NCBI GenBank assembly: GCA_030141605.1
Contig: JAQGDQ010000490.1
Location: 95,013-159,012 of the forward strand
Source: Tubiluchus corallicola
Taxonomy: Eukaryota; Animalia; Priapulida
Direction of reading: 5' to 3'
Length of the DNA: 64,000 nucleotides
The notes below the pieces were generated by a model. That model made no database searches, was not told where the DNA came from, and was given only the letters and a program-made list of their open reading frames with translations. This document shows positions 1-62,670 of the stretch, one piece after another (the stretch's first letter is position 1; each line of letters starts with the position of its first letter). Both the position numbers and the translations under genes were made by a program.

Positions 1-48
1 CAGTTTCGGTTACAACTTCCCGGTCAAGGCTTGAACAGACCACCGGTC

Positions 49-14100
<14,052 letters not shown>

Positions 14101-14426
14101 AGCCATACACGTCATGACGTCATCAAGCGCGGTTTGTCGTCAAGGAAACTCGAGACGCCACACACGTGTAAACGCAAACGCACGGAAAACTTCTTTGACG
14201 TTTCCTTTTGCCAAAGCGTACGCTTCTTAGACGTTTATTTACTATTAAATTTGGTGACGTCATAAGGCACAATGTAATGACGTCATAAGGCGCAAATTTC
14301 AGTGCGTCAGTGCACAAGAAATCCACGTGATGGTGATCAGGCCTAACTAAAACAAGCCATTCAAATGGGTGTGCTTAAGCAAGCCAGATGTAAAGATATG
14401 CATTCGTAAACATATTCAAAGATAAA

Positions 14427-14603
14427 AGTGTGAACACAACCACACCGCAGAACCAACACAGTGTGAACGCAACCACACCGCAGAACCAACACAGTGTGAA
14501 CGCAACCACACCGCAGAACCAACACAGTGTGAACGCAACCACACCGCAGAACCAACACAGTGTGAACACAACCACACCGCAGAACCAACACAGTGTGAAC
14601 GCA
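14427..14603. repeat. 33-bp minisatellite, about 5 copies, downstream of the Emx stop
   Basis: GTGTGAACGCAACCACACCGCAGAACCAACACA repeated. Confidence 0.95.
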
Positions 14604-15524
14604 AATTTAGAATTTTTGGTCGTTGCACTATAATCACAAGAATTTTGTAAATAATTTTATAGAAATTTTATAAACAATATAAAATGATTTTATAATTTTT
14701 ATAAACAATATAAAATGATCATATAAGTACGAGAATTTATAATCTTTATTTGCAAGTGTTGTTTATTGTGTTTTACCTGCATTCTTTACACGCTTACTAA
14801 CAGTTGACATACGGTCAACTGCAGTTGGACTGACAAAAATTGTGCGTGTGTCACTGAATAAAAGCTGAATGCACACTCAGCCAAGTTGTACAACATTTCC
14901 GCTTTTTGTAACAAAAACCACAACCTGTTTAAAGTTGGCGACACTACCACGCGTTCGACTAAAAACGCGCATGTACCAAGCAAAAATCGTGAATGAAACT
15001 GGTTTGCAATTTCACTGGTGAATCAAAAGTAGCCTGTTGGTTCAACAACAGTTTGATGTGTGCCAACATTGTGGAACAATTTGATAGTTATACATCCCAG
15101 AAAAATCGTTCACGGATGACTGGTAGCATAATTTAGCCTAAATCAATCCATTTTCGGTTTCCCGGTCAAGTTGGCAAAAACTGTTATAATTGACACAGTA
15201 CGAGTCAAAAGACAAATAAAAAGACAAAAAATTTACTCCCCACTTGAGAAGCTATATCATTTACTTTTAATCTTGCAACAACAGTCAAATAGCCAAGCTA
15301 GAATCACAAAAAATAACTAAAACTAAACTTTCTCCATCCATTAACAAACACCAGCATTTATAATGCAAACTTAATAACAAAAACTTCTAAAAAAGGTGAC
15401 AGATGATAAAATATTAATGATATCAGCGTACCCACTGAATTACAGCTAAACGCTTATTAAAATCAAAACAAATCTCATAGCAAAGTCAGCATTATGAAAC
15501 CACACTGGCACAATTCATATTATC

Positions 15525-15988
15525 GTCATCATCACCATTACACTCGTCATCGTCGCCTTCATTATCATTATCATCGTCGTCAACACTATCACCATCATCA
15601 CCAGTTGCTTTCGTCATCATCATCGTCGTCGTCGTCATCAACAACATCACCATAATCATCATCGTCGTCGTCAACACTATCACCATCACCACCGCCACCA
15701 CCATCGCCATCATCGTTATTACCACCATCGTCGTCATCTCACAATCATGACCATCGTCGTCACTACCATCACCGTCACCGTAATCACCATAATCATCACC
15801 ACCATCATCATCGTCATCATCACCATCACCACCGTCATCATCATCGTCCTCACCATCATCATCATCATCATCGTCGTCGTCACTACCATCACAATCATCA
15901 CCACCACCGTCATCATCATCGTCATAATCATCACCACCACCGTCATCACCATCATCGTCATCATCATCACCACCACCATCATCATCAT
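15525..15988. repeat. (CAT/CAC/CGT)n trinucleotide tract
   Basis: Seen directly. Confidence 0.9.
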
Positions 15989-16582
15989 TTACGGGTAATT
16001 ATAGCCAAAGAGGTTACAAAACAAGGTATAGTAAATTATCCAAGATAAAGTGACCATACAAAATGGACAACATAGTACAACACTTAGTGCTAAACTATGA
16101 TGACACAACAACAACAAATCGTATTGGCACAAAGTAGAAAACTGAGTAGAGTGGGTTTTGATAGAGGCGACTGCAAAGATCAGTTATGAAAATCATTATA
16201 ACTACGTTGTTTAAACAAATGAGTATGTCAAAAATTATTTTACGATGTTCATCATCACAAATACAAATCACAATACTGTTACATACTTGTAGGTATATAC
16301 ATATGTATCACATATACAAGTAAACACACTGTACACTTAAATTAAGTACGTATAATTACATATATATAACACATACACACACACACATATATATATATAT
16401 ATGTGTGTGTGTAACACATACACACGCAAATGCTCATGCTCATTCACACGCGCAAGCACACACGTAGGCACACACACACACACACATATATGTAATTATA
16501 CATACATAATATAAGTATACATGTGTTTACTTGTATATCTGATACATAAGTACATACGTATATGTATGTATCCATTTGGCAA

Positions 16583-16617
<35 letters not shown>

Positions 16618-17174
16618 CATATATTTATATATTTATATATATATACATACATACATATACAAGTATATAATGTGTTAATTTGAGTATGTATTTATGTCAG
16701 TACATGTATAGAAAAATTTTTGCAGTTAATTCTGGAACTAATTTTACATATTCGTGTAGCTCATATACTTAAAAAATATACCAAAGAGCACATCACTGAT
16801 ATAAATATGAGTCTAGCCTATCAAAATAAAATTCGACAGATTTATAAATTCATTATAAAACTAATCTAATACTATTGTTTAACATAAACAGGTGAGTTAA
16901 TTACCTAATGTAAAACATACCTGTTATAATCTAAATGTACCTAAGTAATGAGCAAATATATTACATGTATAATCAATGTTTTTCAAAAAATATTCACATA
17001 CTGTAACACCGGTTAAATGCAGTTTGTTTGAGATTAACTAACGAATTGGTAGATACCTTAATTCAGACTCGATAATTGCCTAGAAAACTTAGGGCTAGTT
17101 CACATTTAGGCAGTCGCGACAAAGGCATCCGTGTCCTGGAAACACTTTACAAAAGAGAGAGAGAGAGAGAGAGA

Positions 17175-17245
<71 letters not shown>

Positions 17246-17271
17246 TGGAGAGAGAGAGAGATGGAGAGATG

Positions 17272-17306
<35 letters not shown>

Positions 17307-17347
17307 AGAGACAAATAGAGGGAGAAAGAGAAAGGGAGGGAGGGAGG

Positions 17348-17383
<36 letters not shown>

Positions 17384-17805
17384 AGTACGAGAACAAGCTA
17401 AACTGGGCACGTTGGTTACGTTCAACTAAAAAAATACGCGTAACCACATAACCGTTACCATTTCTGCACCAGCACGAGTGTGAACGTACCATTACGTTAC
17501 ACTAAAAATAGCCTTCCCTTCTTAGAAATCTAGCCAGAATAAGTCTTAACAACTAAGAACTTAGCTAAACTAAAATATATTTGAAAACATACAAACAAGA
17601 ATTAACTTTAAACAACATTACTTTAACATAATTTCAGATTATTTTAAGATGTAGAGTTAACAATGGCTTCGCTTGTTATACAGTAACCAGCAGAACCTCA
17701 AAAAATGAAAATAAAGACATGGTAATCAACATATTCTACAGATAGCGCCCATTCTTAATTACAGGGCAAAAGGTGGAGGCACACTGACCGTAAAAACAAG
17801 TCTAA

Positions 17806-18388
17806 TGGCACGTTCAGACTAGAGAGTCTTTTCTGTGATGGTTAACTAGCAAGTGTGAACAGCTTTGCGAGCTCTCTCACCAGTTTTTGCAAACTCTCCA
17901 AAAGTTTTCTTTGATAGTAAGTGCGTGTTGACATTTAGCAAAACTAGCCACAGAACTCGCTCACAGAGAATTTTCAGAGAGAACTCACTCAGAGAAAACT
18001 TTCACAGAGAATTCAAGGAGAGAGAACTTTCAGAGAGAACTTACTCAGAGAGAACTTTCAGAAAGAAGTCGCTCAGAGAGAACTCTCTCAGAGAAAACTT
18101 GCTCAGAGAGAGCTTGCTCATAGAGAATTTTCAGAGAGAACTCACTCAGAGAGGACTTTCACAGAGAACTCACTCAGAGAGATCTTTCAGAGAGAACTCA
18201 CTCACAGAGAACTTTCAACGATAACTAACTCAGAGAGAACTTGCACACAGAGAACTTTCAGGGAGAACTTGCACACAGAGAACTTTCAGAGAGAACTTTT
18301 AGAGAGAACTTGCTCAGAGAGAACTTTCAGAGAGAGTTAACTCAGAGAGAACTCACAAGAGAGAAAACTCTTTAGTCTGAATGCGCAG
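17806..18388. mobile_element. PIF/Harbinger-like MITE with internal AGAGAACT short repeats
   Basis: Imperfect TIRs TGGCACGTTCAGACTAGAGAGT / rc CTGCGCATTCAGACTAAAGAGT, flanked by TAA on both sides. Confidence 0.6.
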
Positions 18389-18653
18389 TAAGTCAAAAAA
18401 ATGATAGAGCCGAATGTTAAAGAATCTATAGAACTGAACTATGTCTAGCTTTAGCAACTTGGTCAGGCAAGAACAATTTTCCAAGCCAAAACTTGCCATT
18501 CAGAAGGCAGCTAGAAAGGAAACAAGAGGCTACTAAAATCAGAAACATTTCCTAATTGTTCAAACACCCACGCACGAAAAAATTCCATCTCCAAAACAGG
18601 ATGAAAGTGATTACGAACGCTTGTTCACTAGTAATTACAAAATGAGCCGTTAA

Positions 18654-19463
18654 CTCCTTCAGGACCGTAAACGTTTGCTGCGTTTTAGATGGCTTCATCA
18701 GAAACTTCTCTCACTAAGCAACAATTACATGATATTTGACAATTTTTGTAGGTTTCTACTCCTTATACAATGGATTTGCATGCAAAATTACATGTGAAAT
18801 GCATTTGCTTGCCTTAGACAAATTAAAAATCGATTTTTGATGAAAAAATTGAAAAAGGCTTTCAGTAACTGCAGTGTTTGCACTGCAACAATGTATCGTT
18901 GTGTGAAATCGGCTAATGCAGAAAATTTCAACTACTCAGACACAACACTCTGATACACTTTGTCCTTAAGTCTACTCTATTTTCAAGGAGAAATTCCTGT
19001 TAAAAGACGAAACGACCTTTATTTGTACTTGACTGATCGGTAGGTTTTTCCTGGAGTAGCAGCAGAACACTGCACATGGGCTGTAGCAAGCAGGTGATCA
19101 ATAAAATAGTGTGTACGATCAGGCAAGTGTGCACCAGACTAAGCTACTCAATAGGCTAAGTCGGAGTACCTGAAGAGGGCATGTTTTTCTTAACTTTATC
19201 TAATTAAATCACTTATAAATGTTTAAACAAATAGCATGATTGGATAGCCGAGATTCTCGTGAATAGAAAAGGGAGTGTTTTTCTTAATTTATACAATCAA
19301 TCATTTGTAAATGTTTAAACAAATAGCATGATTGGATAGCCGAGATTCTCCTGAATAGAACAGCACCTATATAGTAATAATTTAGTTACATCTGTGCTCA
19401 TACAGTAGCAGAAAAGTCGTAGGTCTTATAAGACCCATTTTGAAATGTGTGATCCTGAAGGCG
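18654..19463. mobile_element. piggyBac-like non-autonomous element
   Basis: TTAA at 18650-53 and 19464-67; TIRs CTCCTTCAGGAC / rc CGCCTTCAGGAT; internal direct duplication at about 19183-19360. Confidence 0.6.
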
Positions 19464-19934
19464 TTAAGGCGTTCACACTAATAACGTCTGCAATACAGAC
19501 TGTTATAAAATGTGGCGATGCCTACTTCAACAAATTTCTCAAAAATTATAAAGAACAATTAGCATTAAAAAACATGATATGTAAATATGGAAACAGCATC
19601 CTCACACCGCTAACAAACTGGTCTCTATTAAAGGAAAAGACAAGCCATTTACACGTTGGGTTTATTTTATTGTTGTCACTTAATTTTGAAAAATATAACA
19701 AAAAAATTTGCAAAAAACTCTTTATAAAGCATAAAGTTGATTTACGCTACCACGGTATGGAATTTTAGGCGCAACCGTTCACTTGAAAGTTATGATGTCA
19801 CTAGAGGATTTTGTGACTTTTCGTGAGTGTACGCTGCTTAAATTATCTGCAACAAACTTCTGCAGTTTATCAAATAATGTTTGTGCAGAAATAACAAAAA
19901 ATTGGTAATTTTTGTAAACAGTACTATACTTGTG

Positions 19935-20238
19935 ACAGAAGAATGACATCATTGGTGGAAAAATGGACGTTAAAAAGGACAGCGCGTAATGAAACGATGT
20001 CGACTTCAAAGTGAAGAATGACATCATTGGTGGAAAAATGGACGTTCAAAATGACAGCGCGTAATGAAACGATCCCGACTTCAAAGTGAAGAATGACGTC
20101 ACTGGTGGAAAATGGACGTTCAAAATGACAGCATGTAATGAAACGATCTCGACTTCAAAGTAAAGAATGATGTCATTGGTGGAAAAATGGACATTCAAAA
20201 TGACAGTGTGTAATGAAACAATCCCTACTTCAAAGTGA
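19935..20238. repeat. About 75-bp minisatellite, about 4 copies, just 3' of the SFXN5 stop
   Basis: GAAGAATGACATCATTGGTGGAAAAATGGACGTT...CGACTTCAAAGT repeated. Confidence 0.9.
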
Positions 20239-20438
20239 TTTTATTAATTACGCGAGGCGCTTATCACGCTTTTAATAACAAATGCTCATAACATTTTCCC
20301 CAAACTTTGAAATAGCCCAACTTGCCAGAAGGCTTGACCTTTCCTTTAATGTACCACGCGCAAGCACCAGAGAAGTCTAACAGTACAAAAAGCATTATTG
20401 GAGCTCATAGAAAATAATAATAAAAGCGCTATAGAAAA

Positions 20439-55909
<35,471 letters not shown>

Positions 55910-56195
55910 AGTTTGTTTCGAATTCAGTTAAAACAGAATGACGAAAATGACTGTAAGATTCTAAAATATTTAGTAATTATAACAGCAAAGTTCTCCAGCT
56001 ACAACTTGCAGCATCTCGCATAATTAGCAAATGAACGGTTTTCGTTGTTGTCGTTAGGTGGCAGGGCGATGCGCGTGTACGTTCGCGTCCGTTTGTGGTA
56101 CTGTACCAAATTCGTGTCATATTTTCATTAGGGTTTTGTGTTCTTGTTTTTAGTTTCTTGTAGTATTTTACATTAAGAATTCTTATTAGATAAAA
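55910..56195. promoter_or_regulatory. Probable bidirectional promoter between SFXN5 and the CYREN-like gene
   Basis: Divergent ATGs are only 286 bp apart; CpG-containing patch at about 56060-56095. Inferred from gene geometry only. Confidence 0.55.
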
Positions 56196-57922
56196 ATGAC
56201 TGCAAGAAAACGAAAACTGCCTAGCTGGTTCAATTCAAAAAGCAAAAATGCAGATGCAAGGCGTGAGCAAGAAACACAGTCGATTGTTGAAACTAGGTAT
56301 GTAGTCTGTACAGAAGCACAGATTTTTGCTTTTTTTAATAACTATTAATATTATGTTCCTATAAGTCCCATCTTACAAGAGACAATACATTAAAAGCTTT
56401 ACTTGGTTTTAGCAATTCGAGTAAAAGAGCATTACTTGTAAGTTTTTTAATAATTTTGCGGTACTATGATGTTAGTAGCTGTAACTGTGTGTATTCCACA
56501 TTAGTACTTTGTGTACCAAGGGTATTTCATGCACCAGAAATTTGACTATTTCTGAAAAAATGCAGGCGATGCAGATTTGTATATTGAAAGAAAGAGGAGA
56601 GATGAAGAAAGAGAAACTGGGATATCAGCATACAGTTTATATGATGTTGCAAATTATTAAGATTGGTCATCGTTGTTGATTTTTTAGCCGTAAATGTTTA
56701 TTGATCATGATGTCGCATTGATTCGTGTAATTGATGTTTTAATTTTTTGGTTTTCTGTGTTAGAACTAAAAGACGATCAAACCGTGTTGTCAGGACGGTG
56801 GATTATGTGCTAAGTGAACAAGAATTACTAGAACTAGCTAAAGAGGTCTTACAAGAACAGGTATGGTGCATAAACTTTTTATCATAGTAACATGTTCTTG
56901 CTAGAAAGGTTCTTACATGGATGTACCAGAGAATATTTATGTCATGATACAGTCATACTCTCTTTACATAACATAAACAACATGGATTATACATACATAT
57001 ATATATATATATATATATTTCTAGGCATTAGTGTTGTAACAATGTTTTACTTTTTATTATTTTTTATAGAATTTATTATTGGCATATACATTATACTGCA
57101 ATGACATACATGCAACAAAACAACAACAAAATAAAAAAGTACAAAACAAAGCTATTACATTATAACTATAGAGTCAAAAAACACACACATAACATATAAC
57201 ATTAATATAATTTTAGTATAGATACAGTTAGGGTATCATGAAAAAATAAATAATGTTATCAGCATTTACAGGTTAGTATTATTTACTCCTCTTCTTAAAA
57301 CACTTAAAAATGTAATGGGAGACTATTTTGGTTATATCACAGTCATTAACCACCCCCCACCCCCACCCCCATTGCGAATTTTAGCTTTTTGTTATCGTTC
57401 AAGTTAACGAAATTGCTACTGATGCATGCTATATGCGTTTTCTTATGTTTGAAATAAATTCCGTGTCGTATAATTGTTTGCACGTATCGCAAACTAGCCG
57501 ATTTATTTCCTCCGAACATACCGAGACTTAATGAATCATCTGTGGTAATAATTTGGAGATCGGTAGGAAAAATTGTCTTCTGAGCTGTTGCCTATTGCTT
57601 CTTTTACATTAATGATGAAATGTTGTTTTAATTTTTAATATAGGCCAACGTTAAAGATGCACCAAACACAGAATTGTTAACGCATTGCTCCACAGATGGC
57701 AGCACCGAAGAAAAAGACAGTTTTACTTCTAAACGAAAAAGTTGTAAACTAAGTGACTCGAGTGATAGTGGTGTCAAAAAAACTAAAGATACTCAGCAGA
57801 ACGCGGAAAGTGCAACGGCAACAAGAAATCTCCGTCGGATGTCTGATTCGCAGAAGAGCGGAAGCGGCTCCATACGGCAAAAACACAAAACCGATATGTC
57901 ATTTCTCGATGAGATCTTTTAG
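56196..57922 (+). CDS. CYREN: CYREN/MRI-like NHEJ regulator, join(56196..56296,56764..56860,57644..57922), 158 aa
   Basis: N-terminal MTARKRKLPSWF is an APLF-type Ku-binding motif (RxxPxW). Exon 2 RTVDYVLSEQELLELAKEVL resembles human CYREN RTVYCMNEAEIVDVALGIL (from memory). The C-terminus DMSFLDEIF* resembles the XLF-like motif (VREIFFS). Splice sites are GT-AG with consistent phases (2, 0). Confidence 0.72.
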
Positions 57923-58083
57923 TGTTGTGGGTGGTGAATTTTTAAAAATGATTTTTTACGTAATTGAAGAATCAAGAGTGTGGAGAAAATGGTGGCAGAG
58001 AACAAAGACAGTTGGAACTTTTTAGTTCGCGTTTGTTGTGCAATGTGCAAAGGCTGCATATACAGTAGGCGCGCCGCTTAATA

Positions 58084-58592
58084 CAGGGATGAGAATTTTC
58101 CGCGGAATTCCGAGTTTTTGAAAAGACCAGTAGTGCCATTTTTGTAAATCGCGTAAATTCGTTGAGAAAATTTTTACGGACCCAATACATTATTTCACAA
58201 GCTGACCACTAGTTGGCAGGCCGTCACTTTGTTTACATCACGTACATCAGTGTAACCACGCGTATATCTCTATGTATAAACATATAGAATCAATTGTGCG
58301 GAGTTATTTGAGTCAATTGCAGACAGTTTTTATATACTTTTGCATAGGAGCGGCCAGTAGTTAGGCGTTTTTGAGACAATTAGGTATCATGTATCCTTGA
58401 TAGTTGGGTATTTTAAATTATGCATGAAACAAGGTAACTGATATTTTAAGTCCACTTAGAGGCTCTCTATGGTCACAAAATTGCAATTTGTTGCTGGCTC
58501 CAAGGGACCTTTGCCCCCCAACCTTTGCCTAGGTGGCTCCCAAACCCCCAGCATGTTTCAGAGTTTTTTGCGATTTGTCATTCTCATCCCTG
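58084..58592 (-). mobile_element. Second copy of the CAGGGATGAGAAT-TIR element
   Basis: TIRs at both ends; ends match rc of 29929-30589. Confidence 0.75.
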
Positions 58593-59494
58593 TTAATAGA
58601 CTCACCGTGGGACCGAAGTGTTTTGACCCAATTAACCGACTGAACCTATTAACCGATGGGTGTAGTATTACTGTTATAGTAGTATAAGTCACCAGCTTAC
58701 TATGCACTGCAAAGGTTTTTAATCAATTTTAGGAACGAACTAAATCCTAAATTCCTTTGTGCAGTTAAAAATTAGAAAAAAATATTTTAAAATGTTAATT
58801 TATATAAGTGAATTAGCAATAAGTTAAAAAGTATGCTTTTCTAAATCACAGACTTTTCTAAATCCGTTTATTTGCAAAAATTTCAATAATGCCTTCAAGG
58901 TCAGCTGCTTCATTTTCTCGCAAAGAAGTTGGCCCACAAAGTTCTCGTAACTATAAAAACGTTGAAAATCTGTTGCTGTGCGTGACTAGAGTAAAATGAT
59001 TGGTGTAGTTGGTGCGTTAAAGTCGGTTTATTATAGTGGTTATATGCTGATCATCATTGTTTATTGAGTGACGTGTGGAACAGCCACGATGGGTATGGCA
59101 AACTATCAAGACTTGATTTAATAAACTACACATTTATTAAACAACAACCACATGGTAAATATAAGAGGATAGTAATGCCAGCCCTCCGTCTTCAAGCGTA
59201 GCAGCACCAAAATTGTGAAATGATTTACCAATTTGCACTCTTAAAATCAGTAATGTTCAAAAGTTCAAATCATTCCTCAAAACTTATTTTTATAAAGAAG
59301 CCTTTTTATTTAATTAGAAATTTGACATGGACTTATGGATTTAATTACGGCTGATTTTTATATACATGTATACGATTTTAGTTTTATTTATAACAGCCTA
59401 TTGTGTATATACTATTTATGTGTTAATTTTTTAAGTATGTAAAATACATTGCCAATTTTTAATGCTAATGCACTTTAAATATTCATTTATTTAT

Positions 59495-59746
59495 TACTGC
59501 TGCTATTATTATTATTATTATCATCATCATTGTTATTATTATTATTATTATTACTATTATTATCATTATTATTATTATTATCATCATCATTGTTATTATT
59601 ATTATCATTATTATCATCATCATTGTTATTATTATCATCATTATTATCATCATCATTGTTATTATTATTATTATTATCATTATTATCATCATCATTGTTA
59701 TTATTATTATCATTACTATTATTATTATCATCATCATCATTATTAT
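59495..59746. repeat. (TAT/CAT)n microsatellite
   Basis: Seen directly. Confidence 0.9.
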
Positions 59747-60192
59747 GTTGACAGTCAAACTGAAAAAAGCCAACTTATGTTTGTTTGAATTTTAATATTT
59801 TTTATTAAATTGATCTACTACAATATAAAATAAATTTACAATAATTTAAATTTATGTACAAAGCATTTAGATCGGTAACAAATCTGGGTTAAACAAGTCC
59901 GAAATCGTTTTTGGATAGGATAATTTAACTACAGCAAATCTAATGTCAAAAACATTGAATGGCAGTTTAACATAAAAAAACCTGCATTATTGTACCTTGG
60001 TTGGTTAATTTACATAAGTACTACACTAAACAAACTCTTATCATTTTACTATCTGGTTTATGGCGAAGAAGATAGTGTCAGTCTTTATTTTAAAAAAATA
60101 TACAGATTATTAAATCTAAATCTAAGACTGTTTTGCAAGTGTCTAACCACGTATTTCAAGTCTATTGACTGTTTCTTAATAAAATTTGGAAG

Positions 60193-60746
60193 CAGTGGCG
60201 GCTCTTGTATATGTACTGTGGAACTGCAGCGCCCCCTATTTTCACTCAATATTATCGATAATTATAATTAATGTTCATTATAATAAGTCTTTTTTTTGTT
60301 TAGTTCTTTCTTTATACTTGTACTATCCAGAACACGTGAGGGTACTACTGTTTGCTTCACAGCCCAGCACAGTAATGTGTGTATGGCTGTCGTGCGGATG
60401 TGGCCAATGCGCACACGTCTGAGATAACATGCTGTACTGCTAGCGCTGCTGTTAGGTAGAGAAAGCACTGTCGCTCACACAATTTGCTGACAGTTGCCAC
60501 CTGCTTAAAAGCCGCGTACCGGCATGTTCTTGAACTGCGACATTTCACGCTATTCGTGAGCGAACAATATTTCAATATTTTTCTTTCGGATTCTATCAAG
60601 CTAACGTATAAATTTTCATATTTTTGTTCATTTAAAATTACAACATTAAAATTACGCACGTTTGTTTTGTTTTACACAGTATTAAAACAATGGCTAAAAA
60701 TTTCTGAAGCAGCAGCACCACTAATTTTAGCTACGAGCCGCCACTA
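60193..60746 (-). mobile_element. hAT-type MITE
   Basis: TIR CAGTGGCGGCTC / GAGCCGCCACTA; 8-bp TSD TTTGGAAG / CTTGGAAG (one mismatch). Confidence 0.82.
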
Positions 60747-60894
60747 CTTGGAAGGCAAAGATGACAACGGCTACGGAAAGCTGATGCGATAATTAATATA
60801 TCCAGTTTTCTGACACGGTACATTATAGTAACTATAAATAAATTATATCTACATATACATATTTATGTACTGATCGGTAACTAAGCAAGTACAC

Positions 60895-61353
60895 CAGGGG
60901 TATGCAAAGTAAACTTTCACGCAATTCCTGCGGGCCACCGGCAGTTTGATCAAGGAGCCAAGTACAGTATGGCCTAATAACGATTTTTTTGCATCCGACC
61001 TGCGTACATCATTACTACTACACTCAAGAAACTATTAGAAGTTATTAAAATTCATATTACAAATCATATATTTCTACTTTCAGGACAGATAGTGGTAATT
61101 TCATTACAATGCATATTAGTAATGTGTATCGCACAGTCTGTGTAGTACAGTGAGATTAAGCTACAACCGTCTTATAAGGGTTAATGGCATCCGATCTAGT
61201 AGAAAAAAACTACCCACACTATCTTTGGGATCGTGGCATGGACTTCAGCTGGATACACTCAATTAATCGCCCAGGCCGCACTTTCATTAGGTTGACAAAA
61301 CTCTTCGCGGGCCGCACAAATTTTCTCGGCGGGCCACAATTTGCACACCCCTG
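60895..61353 (+). mobile_element. hAT (Charlie-like) MITE, copy of 42849-43349
   Basis: CAGGGGTATGCAAA...TTGCACACCCCTG; perfect TSD AAGTACAC. Confidence 0.92.
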
Positions 61354-62062
61354 AAGTACACAATTAAATGTACAGAAAAAATGCATATATAACTAAAACA
61401 ACAGAGACTTACAAAAAGAGTGTCACCTTTTTAAGTTCCCATCCCCAACAGTAGAGATACAGCGTTTATAAACAAAAAATCAATATTGATAACTTTTCGT
61501 GACACCACCCACACCTATACAATGCTAAAAGCCTCTTCCGTTTTATGTACACAACTAACTATTTACTTATTTATCTTACAAAACTGCCAATCGGTTTACA
61601 CTTAACATGTTCATTTCAGCACTAACAGTATGTCAACAAAATTCTGGTATCTTTAAATCAACTAGAAACGTCTTTGAATGCACGATAAAATCAGTAAATT
61701 TTAACAGAGAATTACAATAACAACGTCTCACAAATTCATTTTTATGCTAGAGAGTTTTGTCTATTGTCTTTGCGATTGGACCAGAGCTGAAAAAAATGTG
61801 AGTAAAAAAGAAAAATCACAATGTCTACAGAACTGAAATGCAAATGATACCTAAAGTGTAAAAATAAGGGTCTGTTCACACATACATGACGACAATACAG
61901 TGTATGCGAAAATGCTTTTTGATACACTTGGTCAGCTGATATCAATGGCCGGCCAGCAAGATAACTCTTTGAGAATTGTCAACACATACGTGTTTTTGTG
62001 TGTACGTGAACACCATTCACGTTGCCGTGACCGTATACATCTGAGCACGCGCTAAAACTTAA

Positions 62063-62590
62063 AAGAAAACCGGACCATTGTGTAAACATTAATTCAGAAT
62101 AAAGAATGCTCTAAAATATCGAAAACCGTAATAGCTTTATTTAAATCAAAGCTTAGATTAAATAATAATTACCTCGGATACTCAAATTTTGTTTAACTTT
62201 CAAAGCTACGCGCGGCTCAATGAATCTACTAAGATTGGCAGCGGCGCCTTTTTGTCACATTTTCGCATGGCCAACAAATAGAAGGCGGTACCGTAATAAG
62301 CATGATCATGAACTGCAGTGTTAGTTTCTGATGTCATATGATGTAGAGCCCATTTTCGTGACATCATGCATTTAAACAGTAACACTTATGCAAATGTGTT
62401 TAACGTGTACGCTAAGATGCCTGCCATTGCACAAACTGTGGTTAGTTTCTGACGTAAGCAATAGCTGTGTTTGGTTGCCGTTAATTATTCAAATATAAGA
62501 AAGAATAGTTGAAATTTATAGGCAAGAAAATGTATATTTTGGACAGTAAATTAAAATAAGATTGAGTCTAAACAATCGTCGAGTTTTCCT
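62063..62590 (+). mobile_element. Kolobok/T2-type MITE, copy of 52338-52882
   Basis: TTAA|AAGAAAACCGG ... GAGTTTTCCT|TTAA. Confidence 0.85.
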
Positions 62591-62670
62591 TTAAGGTAAG
62601 TCAATTCACTCAGCTCACATAGACACATACACGCAATTTAGCAAAACAGCCAATCTTTGCTGGCAAACCA

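Noticed and set aside
18660-18705. Minus-strand CTGATGA as another hammerhead
   Set aside because: No GAAA after a closable stem II; it lies in the end of a piggyBac-like MITE.
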